Source: Pseudomonadota bacterium
GTDB taxonomy: Bacteria; UBA10199; 2-02-FULL-44-16; DYJF01
Direction of reading: 5' to 3'
Length of the DNA stretch: 64,000 nucleotides
Assembly: GCA_043823065.1 (NCBI GenBank)
Contig: JBDRBB010000003.1
Coordinates: 1-64,000 of the forward strand
The translations under genes and the position numbers were made by a program. Of the stretch, positions 1 through 7,844 are shown piece after piece; position 1 is the first letter of the stretch, and each line of letters opens with the position of its first letter. A model generated the notes under the pieces. It saw only the letters and a program-made list of their open reading frames with translations, was not told the DNA's origin and made no database searches.

Positions 1-57
1 GTTGACCCCATATTGAGACCATTATGTCTGGTCAAGCAAGTGTCTCTGCGCAGAGTG

Positions 58-816
58 CTATCTGTTTTCTAAATAAGAGATTGCCTCCCTACTGCTTTGC
101 ATAAAATCTTTTAAGGACTGGCTAAAGTAATCAAAGAACTCTGCCCAGGTTTCTGGATCGCGGTTTAGTCCATAAGTGGAAATATAAAGAGTATCTTGGT
201 CTTTGTCCTCTAGTTGAAAATTTTCTTGCTGAGATGTCAGATACAAACCCTTAAGTCCAGCATGTATTGAAGCTACAAATTTAGCATAAACATCATAGCA
301 TGTGGTGGCATCTATGCCGTGGCAATTCATAAATTTGTTTAATATGGAATATGAGGACAGATTTAGAGCATCTTCTGTTAACTGACCCAGTAAATTATTA
401 TCTGAACCTTTGTTTGAACCCTTAATTAGCTGATTTATGATATTACTAGTGCTGGAGTTTGGCTGGCTTAGGTCTTTGCCGCTGAATTTTAAAAAGTCCT
501 TTTGATTGATTAAGCGATCAATTTTTTGGGCCAAAAAATAGCTTTCCTGCATAGTTTCTATAATATTTTCCCTTTGCAAAGCTAAGCCTTGCCCTGGGAT
601 TTTTTCAAACTCTAGTGCTGCTAAATCTAATATTGGAATCAGATATAATGGATTAATATTGAGCACATCATAGTTAATTTTCATCTCTGTGGTTGGGCCA
701 GACATCTCATAAATATCAAGAAATTCATCCTGGGAAGTTGGTTTGACGTTCCAATCCCACTGGGCCAATGCTGTTATAGGCAGTAAAATAAAGAGTAAAA
801 TAAGAATTTTTTTCAT
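58..816 (-). CDS. hypothetical secreted protein (252 aa)
   Basis: ORF with signal peptide MKKILILLFILLPITALA|Q, purine-rich RBS (AAGGGGGA) and upstream sigma54-like promoter; no family recognised. Confidence 0.8.
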   Translation of the reverse strand: MKKILILLFILLPITALAQWDWNVKPTSQDEFLDIYEMSGPTTEMKINYDVLNINPLYLIPILDLAALEFEKIPGQGLALQRENIIETMQESYFLAQKIDRLINQKDFLKFSGKDLSQPNSSTSNIINQLIKGSNKGSDNNLLGQLTEDALNLSSYSILNKFMNCHGIDATTCYDVYAKFVASIHAGLKGLYLTSQQENFQLEDKDQDTLYISTYGLNRDPETWAEFFDYFSQSLKDFMQSSREAISYLENR

Positions 817-848
817 AAGAATCCCCCCTTCTTATGAACTCATAAATA

Positions 849-864
849 TGCAAACCTGATACCA
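849..864 (-). promoter_or_regulatory. sigma54 (-24/-12) promoter candidate
   Basis: minus strand TGGTAT-CAGGT-TTGCA has the GG-N10-GC spacing of RpoN promoters, ~30 nt upstream of the 58..816 start. Confidence 0.6.
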
Positions 865-970
865 AGTTGCCTAAGTAAATTATGCTTAGATATTAATAGG
901 TTATGATCGATGCAAGGTATCTTTTTGAGAAAAAAACAAAAACTAGCAAAATTTTGACATGCCTCGTATA

Positions 971-1197
971 CATTTAAAATTCCCGCAGGGGGAAAGGTCT
1001 TCAAAGCTTTTTTAGGCGCGAGCTTACGAAATAATGGCGTATGAAGAGTTAAAATAGCGACTGTTTTTGCGAGTTAAAGGCTGACAGCGGCAAGACATTT
1101 AACTCGCTGTTTTTAAAAACAGCGCTATTTTAACGATGAATAGCCCGGTTTCGTGCGCCTGCTTTGAAGACCTTATCCCCTGAGGGAATTTTAAATG
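971..1197. repeat. 227-bp long palindromic (MITE-like or structured RNA) element
   Basis: 37-bp terminal inverted repeats 971-1007/1161-1197 (34/37 match) plus nested perfect arms 1048-1059/1123-1134 and 1069-1078/1098-1107. Confidence 0.85.
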
Positions 1198-1283
1198 CAA
1201 TTCATAATAGTTTTGACATTTTGGCTGCTAAATTTTATTTAAGCACAAATCATTTTTGGCTATTCAGCCAGCAAGGGGGAAAC

Positions 1284-3293
1284 ATGGAAAATACTTTTAA
1301 GCCCTATGTACCAGCTCAATCTACAATGAAAGAGCTAACCTTCAAAGCTGTGTTTCTAGGCTTACTCTTAGCTGTGATCTTAGGCGCAGCTAATGCCTAT
1401 CTGGGACTAAAAGCTGGCATGACTATTTCTGCTGCTTTTCCTGCAGCAGTTATTGCTATTGCAGCTTTTCGCCTACCTTTCCTCCGAGGAACTGTTTTAG
1501 AACAAAACATTGCCCGCACCACAGCTAGTGTTGGTGAAGCCTTGGTGGCTGGCGCCATTTTTACCATACCAGCATTTGTAATTGTATCTGTTGACGGCCA
1601 AAGGCTCTGGACCAATTTTCATTATTGGGATGTAGCTATGATCACTTTGGTTGGAGGCTTAATTGGCGTATTGTTTGTTATCCTTTTGCGAAAAACTTTG
1701 GTGGTAGATGCTAACTTACCCTTTCCTGAAGGTTATGCTTGTTATGAAATTGTTAAATCAGGTCAGGGCGGAGAAAGTGGTGCTAAATATGTTTTTGGCG
1801 CCTTGGGCTTGGGAGTTTTAATTGAGATGCTTAAAAATTCCGGTGGTTTTGCTATTTTTCAAGAGTGCAAAGAATATTTTATCCATTTTCCCAAATCCAT
1901 AATTCATCACTTTAATGGTTCTAAAGAACCTTTGGCAGATATTGCTCACAAAGGCGGTGTAGCTTTTCAATCTCCCTTAGCCTCACCTGCTTTGATGAGC
2001 GTTGGTTATATCATTGGCCCTAAATATGCCTGTATCAACTTTGCTGGTGGTGTTTTAGCCTGGTTAGTTTTCATTCCTTTAGCTTTATTTTTAAATCCAG
2101 ATTTTATGAATCAATTAACTGCTGCAGGAGCTACTGTCACTCATAAAGAAATGGCCTACACTGCCTGGTATAATTTAATTCGCCCTATAGCAGTTGGCGC
2201 AATGCTGGTTGCTTCACTTTATACCTTGTGGGGGCTTAAATCTTCTTTAGCTGGAGCTTTTCGAGGAATTTTCACAAAACATGCCCATGCTAAAGGTGGT
2301 CCAAATAGATTAGAAAAAGACTTAAATCCAAGATGGGTATTTATTGCTGCCATTACCTTAATCATTCCCATGGCTTTTTTATATTATTATTTTTGCGATA
2401 ATGTAACTGGCGCAATAGTAGCAGCTATTGTCATGTTAATTACTGCTTTTTTGTTTGCTGCTGTTGGTGGTTGGCTAGTTGGTTTGGTGGGCAATTCCAA
2501 TCAACCTGTATCAGGGCTTACCTTATCTACCCTAATCATTGCTGCTTTAGTTATGCTAATGTTTGGCGTTAAGGGCTTGCCTGGTATTGCCGCGGTTTTA
2601 GGAGTGGCAGCAGTGGTTTGCTGCGTGGCTTGCCTGGCTGGCGACATGATTCAAGATTTAAAAGTTGGTCAGCTAATCGGTGGCACCCCCTGGAAGATGC
2701 AGGTATCTGAAATTCTTGGTGTAGTTGTAGTTGCTTTTGTCCTGGTCTTTCCTATCATTATTTTGCATGAAGGAAATATTGCTGCTGGTGGTATTGGCAT
2801 TGGCGATGCCAAACTGCCTGCTCCTCAAGCTGGCCTCATGGCCCAATTAGCTACTGGCATTGTTGGTGGTAATATGCCTTGGGGATTAATTATCACTGGC
2901 ATGTTCTTTGCCGTAAGCTTAATTTTAGTCAAGGCGCCTGCGCCTATGCTAATTGCCGTAGGTATGTATCTTCCTTTTGAAACCACATTTGCTATTTTCA
3001 TTGGCGGAGTAATGAAATGGTTTGTTGATTTTCTGGCCAAAAAGCGCGGTATTAAAGGTGAAGGAATGGAAGGTAAAGGCATCTTATTGGCCTCAGGATT
3101 TATTGCTGGCGAAGCCTTAACCGGCGTAATTTTAGCAGGCCTGGTCTTGGTTGGTATTCCCTCATTGTCAGAGCGTTTTCTGGGAGTAAGTGAACTACCA
3201 ATCCTGGAATCACATGGCGGCTGGTTATCCTTGATTATTTTTGGTGTAGTAGCTTTGGCTTTGATTGGAATACCACTTAGGAAAAAAACTTAA
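1284..3293 (+). CDS. OPT-family oligopeptide transporter
   Basis: ANAYLGLKAGMTIS, LEQNIART, LPFPEG, DMIQDLKVG, LPAPQA motifs; many TM helices; ATG 1284 after GGGGGA RBS preferred over the TTG at 1164. Confidence 0.93.
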   Translation: MENTFKPYVPAQSTMKELTFKAVFLGLLLAVILGAANAYLGLKAGMTISAAFPAAVIAIAAFRLPFLRGTVLEQNIARTTASVGEALVAGAIFTIPAFVIVSVDGQRLWTNFHYWDVAMITLVGGLIGVLFVILLRKTLVVDANLPFPEGYACYEIVKSGQGGESGAKYVFGALGLGVLIEMLKNSGGFAIFQECKEYFIHFPKSIIHHFNGSKEPLADIAHKGGVAFQSPLASPALMSVGYIIGPKYACINFAGGVLAWLVFIPLALFLNPDFMNQLTAAGATVTHKEMAYTAWYNLIRPIAVGAMLVASLYTLWGLKSSLAGAFRGIFTKHAHAKGGPNRLEKDLNPRWVFIAAITLIIPMAFLYYYFCDNVTGAIVAAIVMLITAFLFAAVGGWLVGLVGNSNQPVSGLTLSTLIIAALVMLMFGVKGLPGIAAVLGVAAVVCCVACLAGDMIQDLKVGQLIGGTPWKMQVSEILGVVVVAFVLVFPIIILHEGNIAAGGIGIGDAKLPAPQAGLMAQLATGIVGGNMPWGLIITGMFFAVSLILVKAPAPMLIAVGMYLPFETTFAIFIGGVMKWFVDFLAKKRGIKGEGMEGKGILLASGFIAGEALTGVILAGLVLVGIPSLSERFLGVSELPILESHGGWLSLIIFGVVALALIGIPLRKKT

Positions 3294-3628
3294 TAATCTT
3301 TATAAATTTTAAGTTTTTTTAAAACAAAGGTGATTTCTTCATCACAAGCTGGATCATCAAAAAGATTCTCTGGCTCTTCATAGCCAAAAGTTTCTTGAAG
3401 ACGATCTTCAAAGTTTTTGGAGCGAATATCGCTCTTAATAACTTCCATATATCGATCTGGGTGTTTTTGACAAACACTCTCGATATATGAATTAAGCGTT
3501 TTTGCTGCCTTGATTTCTTCTTCCCGCTTAATTTTTTTCCAGTTTTTTAAGTAATGTAGGCGACAATAACCAGCAGTAGTTGCAGCATTCTGACAATCTT
3601 TGTGTTTGCAGATCTTAATGCGCGGCAT
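3290..3628 (-). CDS. hypothetical protein with N-terminal C-x4-C...C-x2-H putative zinc knuckle
   Basis: CKHKDC...GYCRLHY pattern; co-oriented with the amidase gene. Confidence 0.75.
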   Translation of the reverse strand: MPRIKICKHKDCQNAATTAGYCRLHYLKNWKKIKREEEIKAAKTLNSYIESVCQKHPDRYMEVIKSDIRSKNFEDRLQETFGYEEPENLFDDPACDEEITFVLKKLKIYKDY

Positions 3629-3675
3629 AATTTGAAAGTACCAGCCACTTACCCTTGAGTCAAGTACTTAGCCAG

Positions 3676-3888
3676 CTACTTTTGTTCTTTGGCTTTATGA
3701 ATAGCCTGCTGAAATTTTTCCTTGCGCCTTAAGGCTTGTTCCCTTTCATAATCCAAATCCTGTTTAATTTCTGGACGCATAACCTCAGAAGATTTTTTAG
3801 CCAAATATTTTCTTTCAGAAACATAAAAATAACCCACTAGAGCTATGGCCAATACTAACAAAACACCGAATAAAATGTACCAATGCAT
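3676..3888 (-). CDS. small single-pass membrane protein
   Basis: N-terminal hydrophobic helix then charged tail; starts 9 nt after the amidase stop. Confidence 0.7.
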   Translation of the reverse strand: MHWYILFGVLLVLAIALVGYFYVSERKYLAKKSSEVMRPEIKQDLDYEREQALRRKEKFQQAIHKAKEQK

Positions 3889-3897
3889 GGCTAGCCT

Positions 3898-5562
3898 CTA
3901 TAAGTTAGCAAATAAATCCGCATTATGCTCAACATAGGTTTTTACACCATTAGCAACTGCCTCAGCCAATTGTCTTTGATAAACAGTATTATTAAGGCGT
4001 TTTTCTTCCAACGGATTAGAAATATAAGAGGTTTCAATTAAAATTCCCGGACATTTTGCTCCTACCAAAACATAAAAAAGCGCTGAACGCAGTTTACGAT
4101 CTTCAATCTTGGAATAATTCTTTTTTAACTGGTTTAACGTGTTGCTATGAACTGCTTCAGCCAAAGCTCGCGATTGTTCTGTATTATAATTTTGCAATAA
4201 AGTTAAAAGAATTTGATCTACTTCGTCTTGAGGCTTGGCTGCAGCCTTGTTTTCACGTTCAGCCAAACGTTTTGCAGCTTCATCAGAAGCATTATTTAAA
4301 TAAAAAGTTTCAATGCCAGCTATATTTCTATCTTTTACAGCATTGGCGTGAATGGACAAAAAGATGTCGGCCTGTTTTTCATTGGCAAATTGATTACGTT
4401 CCTCTAAGGACAAGGTCCTATCTGTGCTACGCGTTAAATATACCTGCGCATCAATCTTTTTGCGTAAGATATGGGCTAATTTTTTGGAAATAGACAAGGT
4501 AATATCTTTTTCTTTAACACCATTTGGCCCCACTGCTCCTTCATCTTCTCCACCATGGCCTGGATCTATAACAATGCGTAATTGGCGAGTTGGCTTGACA
4601 CTTACCGCACTGGCTTCTGTAGGTTTAGTGCCTGTGGGATAGAATTTAATTACAGTTTTTTCACCTTTTTGCGTAATATTATAATCGGTGTTTTGAGGTG
4701 TTTCAAAACTCGCCACTAAATCTCCACTAAAAAATCCGTGCTTAAGTTTAATAGAATTCAAATGACTTGAAGAAACATTTTCCTCTTTATTTACATTATT
4801 AGACAGTTTTGTGCGTGGAAAAGTTAAGGTAAGCTTCCCAGGAGATTTAGTCCGCAAACCAAAATCCTCAAATTTTCTGGTAAATGGCTTTTGTTGATTC
4901 ATATAGAGAGTAACCACTGTCACTTGATCATTGGCATCAACATCATAACGATATAGATTGGATAGAGCAAACGGGTCATTAGGATCTGGTGGGGTTTCAG
5001 CAACTTCATTCTCTGCTTCAACTTCTGGGGCTGTGGTGGTGGGAGTTGAAACACTTTCCTTGACCTCACCTAAATCAGCCAAGGCTTGTCTGGCTTTTGG
5101 CGCCATATCACTATTGGGATAACGATTAAGTAAAGCTTTAAACGCATTATGCGCCTTATCCTTTTGCTGCAAAGGGTTCTGTCGCAATACACCAATTTGA
5201 TAAAGTGCATCGTCTGCTAAATTGTTTTTGGGATAATTTTTAACAACTAAATTATATAAATGAACAGCTTGTTTAGCATCTTCCAGATCATTTGTTTTAA
5301 GATACATTTCCTTGCTCAGCCTGCCTGCACTATACAGAGACTGTGGAGCCTTTGGACTTTCAGGATATTGCTCAGCCACTTTTTGGAAAGAGCTAATACA
5401 TTTTTTCCAATTAACAGGTGAGTCTGCCATATCAGATTCAGATTTTAGCTGACTATAACAAGCCCGCGCCTTTTCATATTGCAAGTCTGCCTGATCAGCC
5501 CAAGCCTGGGCAGAAATGCTACATATTGCGGCCAACACTAAGATTTTTATGATTTTCTTCAT
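3898..5562 (-). CDS. amiC: N-acetylmuramoyl-L-alanine amidase (Amidase_3) with N-terminal TPR/YfiO-like repeats
   Basis: VIDPGHGGED, EKDITL, SLEERN, FLSIHANA, ILIETSYISN motifs; signal peptide from MKKIIKIL; start codon uncertain (5562 or 5571). Confidence 0.9.
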   Translation of the reverse strand: MKKIIKILVLAAICSISAQAWADQADLQYEKARACYSQLKSESDMADSPVNWKKCISSFQKVAEQYPESPKAPQSLYSAGRLSKEMYLKTNDLEDAKQAVHLYNLVVKNYPKNNLADDALYQIGVLRQNPLQQKDKAHNAFKALLNRYPNSDMAPKARQALADLGEVKESVSTPTTTAPEVEAENEVAETPPDPNDPFALSNLYRYDVDANDQVTVVTLYMNQQKPFTRKFEDFGLRTKSPGKLTLTFPRTKLSNNVNKEENVSSSHLNSIKLKHGFFSGDLVASFETPQNTDYNITQKGEKTVIKFYPTGTKPTEASAVSVKPTRQLRIVIDPGHGGEDEGAVGPNGVKEKDITLSISKKLAHILRKKIDAQVYLTRSTDRTLSLEERNQFANEKQADIFLSIHANAVKDRNIAGIETFYLNNASDEAAKRLAERENKAAAKPQDEVDQILLTLLQNYNTEQSRALAEAVHSNTLNQLKKNYSKIEDRKLRSALFYVLVGAKCPGILIETSYISNPLEEKRLNNTVYQRQLAEAVANGVKTYVEHNADLFANL

Positions 5563-5621
5563 GCCCGGCATACTAGCACGAGAGAACATGCTTGGCAATG
5601 TTGTAGACAATTTTTCTAAAA

Positions 5622-5828
5622 AACGTGTTACGTGGGTCTGAGGTGATTAATAGTCCTCAAGCCCGACAGCTGATGCTCAAATTTGCCGTAGATTTCGTCC
5701 AGCATTTGGGAGCCCATCCACGAGGTGGCTTAATCTCCGTATCCAATTCCCTACCGGGGATAAGTGCGCAAATATAGCACTCAGCTGTCTGTTTTTCGGA
5801 CAACCACCTCAGACCCACGTAACACGTT
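5622..5828. repeat. 207-bp long palindromic element, dispersed repeat family
   Basis: perfect 24-bp terminal inverted repeat AACGTGTTACGTGGGTCTGAGGTG/CACCTCAGACCCACGTAACACGTT, inner arms GACAGCTGA/TCAGCTGTC and ATTTGC/GCAAAT; partial second copy at 27035-27115. Confidence 0.9.
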
Positions 5829-5989
5829 CTGCAACAAAACTAGTACCACATCACTGCTAAAACCAATGCGTAATCCATGCGCAATTGGCATGAATGATGT
5901 TTTTGGGCGTAGGATTTGTTGAAGAAATTTTGGATTTAGCGAAGCAATCCACCCAAAACAAAGCCTAGCTCTAAAGTTCAGCTATTCGC

Positions 5990-6025
5990 AAAAAAAGAAA
6001 GCCCTGAAGGGAGGCTTCAGGGCTT
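5990..6025 (-). terminator. intrinsic terminator of the 6051..7664 gene
   Basis: 11-bp stem AAGCCCTGAAG/CTTCAGGGCTT followed by a U-tract on the minus strand. Confidence 0.8.
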
Positions 6026-6050
6026 AAAGTCGCCGCGTTGTTTACTAAAA

Positions 6051-7664
6051 TTAGCGGCGGCGGCGTTTGAGAATGATTGGCAACAACATAATTAAGGTCC
6101 ACAAGTAGGAAATATTACCCATAGTTGCTTGAGGATTCAAGTCACATCTGGCTCCCCGCATAGCCCAAGGTCCTTCACCTACTTCAACATCTTCTACATC
6201 GCCTGCTGCTGGCATAACTGCTCCATCAATTGAAGCTTGATATTCAGGAGCTTCTTCTGACTTAGCTACCTTTTGTGCTTCTTCCACAGCAGCAACTCCT
6301 TCTGTAGTTAACACTAAAGTTTCTTCAACTTTCCCACTTTCTGCAGAACTGACAATTTCCATGTCCTGCCAATGTATAAGATCTTTTATTTCTTGTACTG
6401 GCAGTCCTTCTTCTGGGCAACCTCTTTCTGGCGGACGAACTAAAGATGGCGTAAGAGCTGAAACCAAACCGCAGTCATCATTTCTGTCAGGAACAGTATC
6501 TTGATCAAGATCTTGGCTTGGATTAATAGTCAACTTTACTAATTCAGCATTAATTTCTCTGGCCACAGCCACTTCTGGATCTTTAACATCTTCTGGATTT
6601 TTATTGTTTTCAGTAGCGATTTCTTCTTTAATTTTTTCTTCTTCCTTGATGCGCAGATCTACCATTTGATTTAACACGTCTAAATTGCGCACTATTGCAA
6701 CGCTAACTTCTTTTTCTTCTTCTACTGGCGGTTGTATAGTCAATTCAGCTTTTTCAGGAAAGCTAGGCACTTGTATGGTCAATTTTGGTTTTTCAGTTGG
6801 TTCAATAATCTCAGTTTTAGGAATAATGATTTCTTCTTTTAATACTTTTGCTTCTTCTAGAATCTGTGGTTCAAAAGGTTTGGCATCCATTAGATTTATA
6901 ATGTTATCTTTATCTTCATCACCAACTGGATCCTTGGCTCTTAAATCGTTTTCAATGATTTTTACATCATTAACAATATCGGTTTTGATTGTGTTTAACT
7001 CCTTGCTAGTATTAAGCATGTTTGTTAGTTCTTGTTTGGCTTGTTCTAAATTATTGGTTGCTAATACAGCTTTATTTGTTTCTTCTAGCTTACTTTTTAA
7101 CTCCTGGGCATCAACTATAGCTTCACTAGTTTTAACCGCTAAATCTGATTTTATTTCTAATGCTTGATAATGTTCATTAATTACTTTTTCGATGACCGTA
7201 AGCTCTTCTGCTTTGGCTTCAATTACATTTTGTTCAGCAATTTTCACTTTTTCAATTTCATCACTTACCAATTTATTCATCAATTTGTCCGACATATCGA
7301 TATTTTCAATCATATTGTCACTATTCATAACAAGATTTTCAGATATTTTTTTAATTTCTTTAATATCCTTAATGTTTTGGACATCCAGGCTGTCGGCGAC
7401 CATGAGTTTCTCATTTAAGGGAGTTGATTCTTTTTCTAAGATTGTTAGTGGAGCTTTTTCTTCTGGGGGCTTTACCAAAAGAGGTTCCTTAATAATAGGC
7501 TTAACAGTTTCTACGGCAGGTTTAGTAACAGGCTCAGCAAGAACTTTTAACACTGGCTCTTTTTGTAAAATTGGCTCTTTTTGCTTTAGGGTTTGAGCCA
7601 ATGAATTGCTTACCACTAAAACAATACTGAGTAATGCTGCCATCAAAATTACGCGAATCTTCAT
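6051..7664 (-). CDS. secreted coiled-coil surface protein with thrombospondin type-3-like Ca-binding motifs and a C-terminal Cys-TM-Arg sorting signal
   Basis: signal peptide; DEDKDNIINLMD and DLDQDTVPDRNDDC motifs; C-terminus RGARCDL...YLWTLIMLLPIILKRRRR. Confidence 0.75.
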   Translation of the reverse strand: MKIRVILMAALLSIVLVVSNSLAQTLKQKEPILQKEPVLKVLAEPVTKPAVETVKPIIKEPLLVKPPEEKAPLTILEKESTPLNEKLMVADSLDVQNIKDIKEIKKISENLVMNSDNMIENIDMSDKLMNKLVSDEIEKVKIAEQNVIEAKAEELTVIEKVINEHYQALEIKSDLAVKTSEAIVDAQELKSKLEETNKAVLATNNLEQAKQELTNMLNTSKELNTIKTDIVNDVKIIENDLRAKDPVGDEDKDNIINLMDAKPFEPQILEEAKVLKEEIIIPKTEIIEPTEKPKLTIQVPSFPEKAELTIQPPVEEEKEVSVAIVRNLDVLNQMVDLRIKEEEKIKEEIATENNKNPEDVKDPEVAVAREINAELVKLTINPSQDLDQDTVPDRNDDCGLVSALTPSLVRPPERGCPEEGLPVQEIKDLIHWQDMEIVSSAESGKVEETLVLTTEGVAAVEEAQKVAKSEEAPEYQASIDGAVMPAAGDVEDVEVGEGPWAMRGARCDLNPQATMGNISYLWTLIMLLPIILKRRRR

Positions 7665-7706
7665 AAATCCTCCCTTTAAATTTATTAGTGTTCAGGACTA
7701 AGTTAG

Positions 7707-7722
7707 AGCAAAAAAGATGCCA
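7707..7722 (-). promoter_or_regulatory. sigma54 (-24/-12) promoter candidate
   Basis: minus strand TGGCAT-CTTTT-TTGCT, ~40 nt upstream of the 6051..7664 start. Confidence 0.65.
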
Positions 7723-7844
7723 GAACTAACTCAGAAAAATCATTAATAAATTTAAGGGGTTATATTTAGCAGGAGGTATAAATGCTCTCGTTTCAGTAAA
7801 AATGACCTATCATTTTGAGAAAACGACAGAATTTCGACAACAAT

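Noticed and set aside
1164..1283. N-terminal extension of the OPT ORF from the TTG at 1164
   Set aside because: It begins inside the inverted-repeat arm; ATG 1284 has a good RBS and family-like sequence starts there.
5622..5828. Firm call as 6S RNA
   Set aside because: Size fits, but a perfect 24-bp terminal repeat and a dispersed second copy favour a mobile repeat; cannot be assigned without a covariance-model search.
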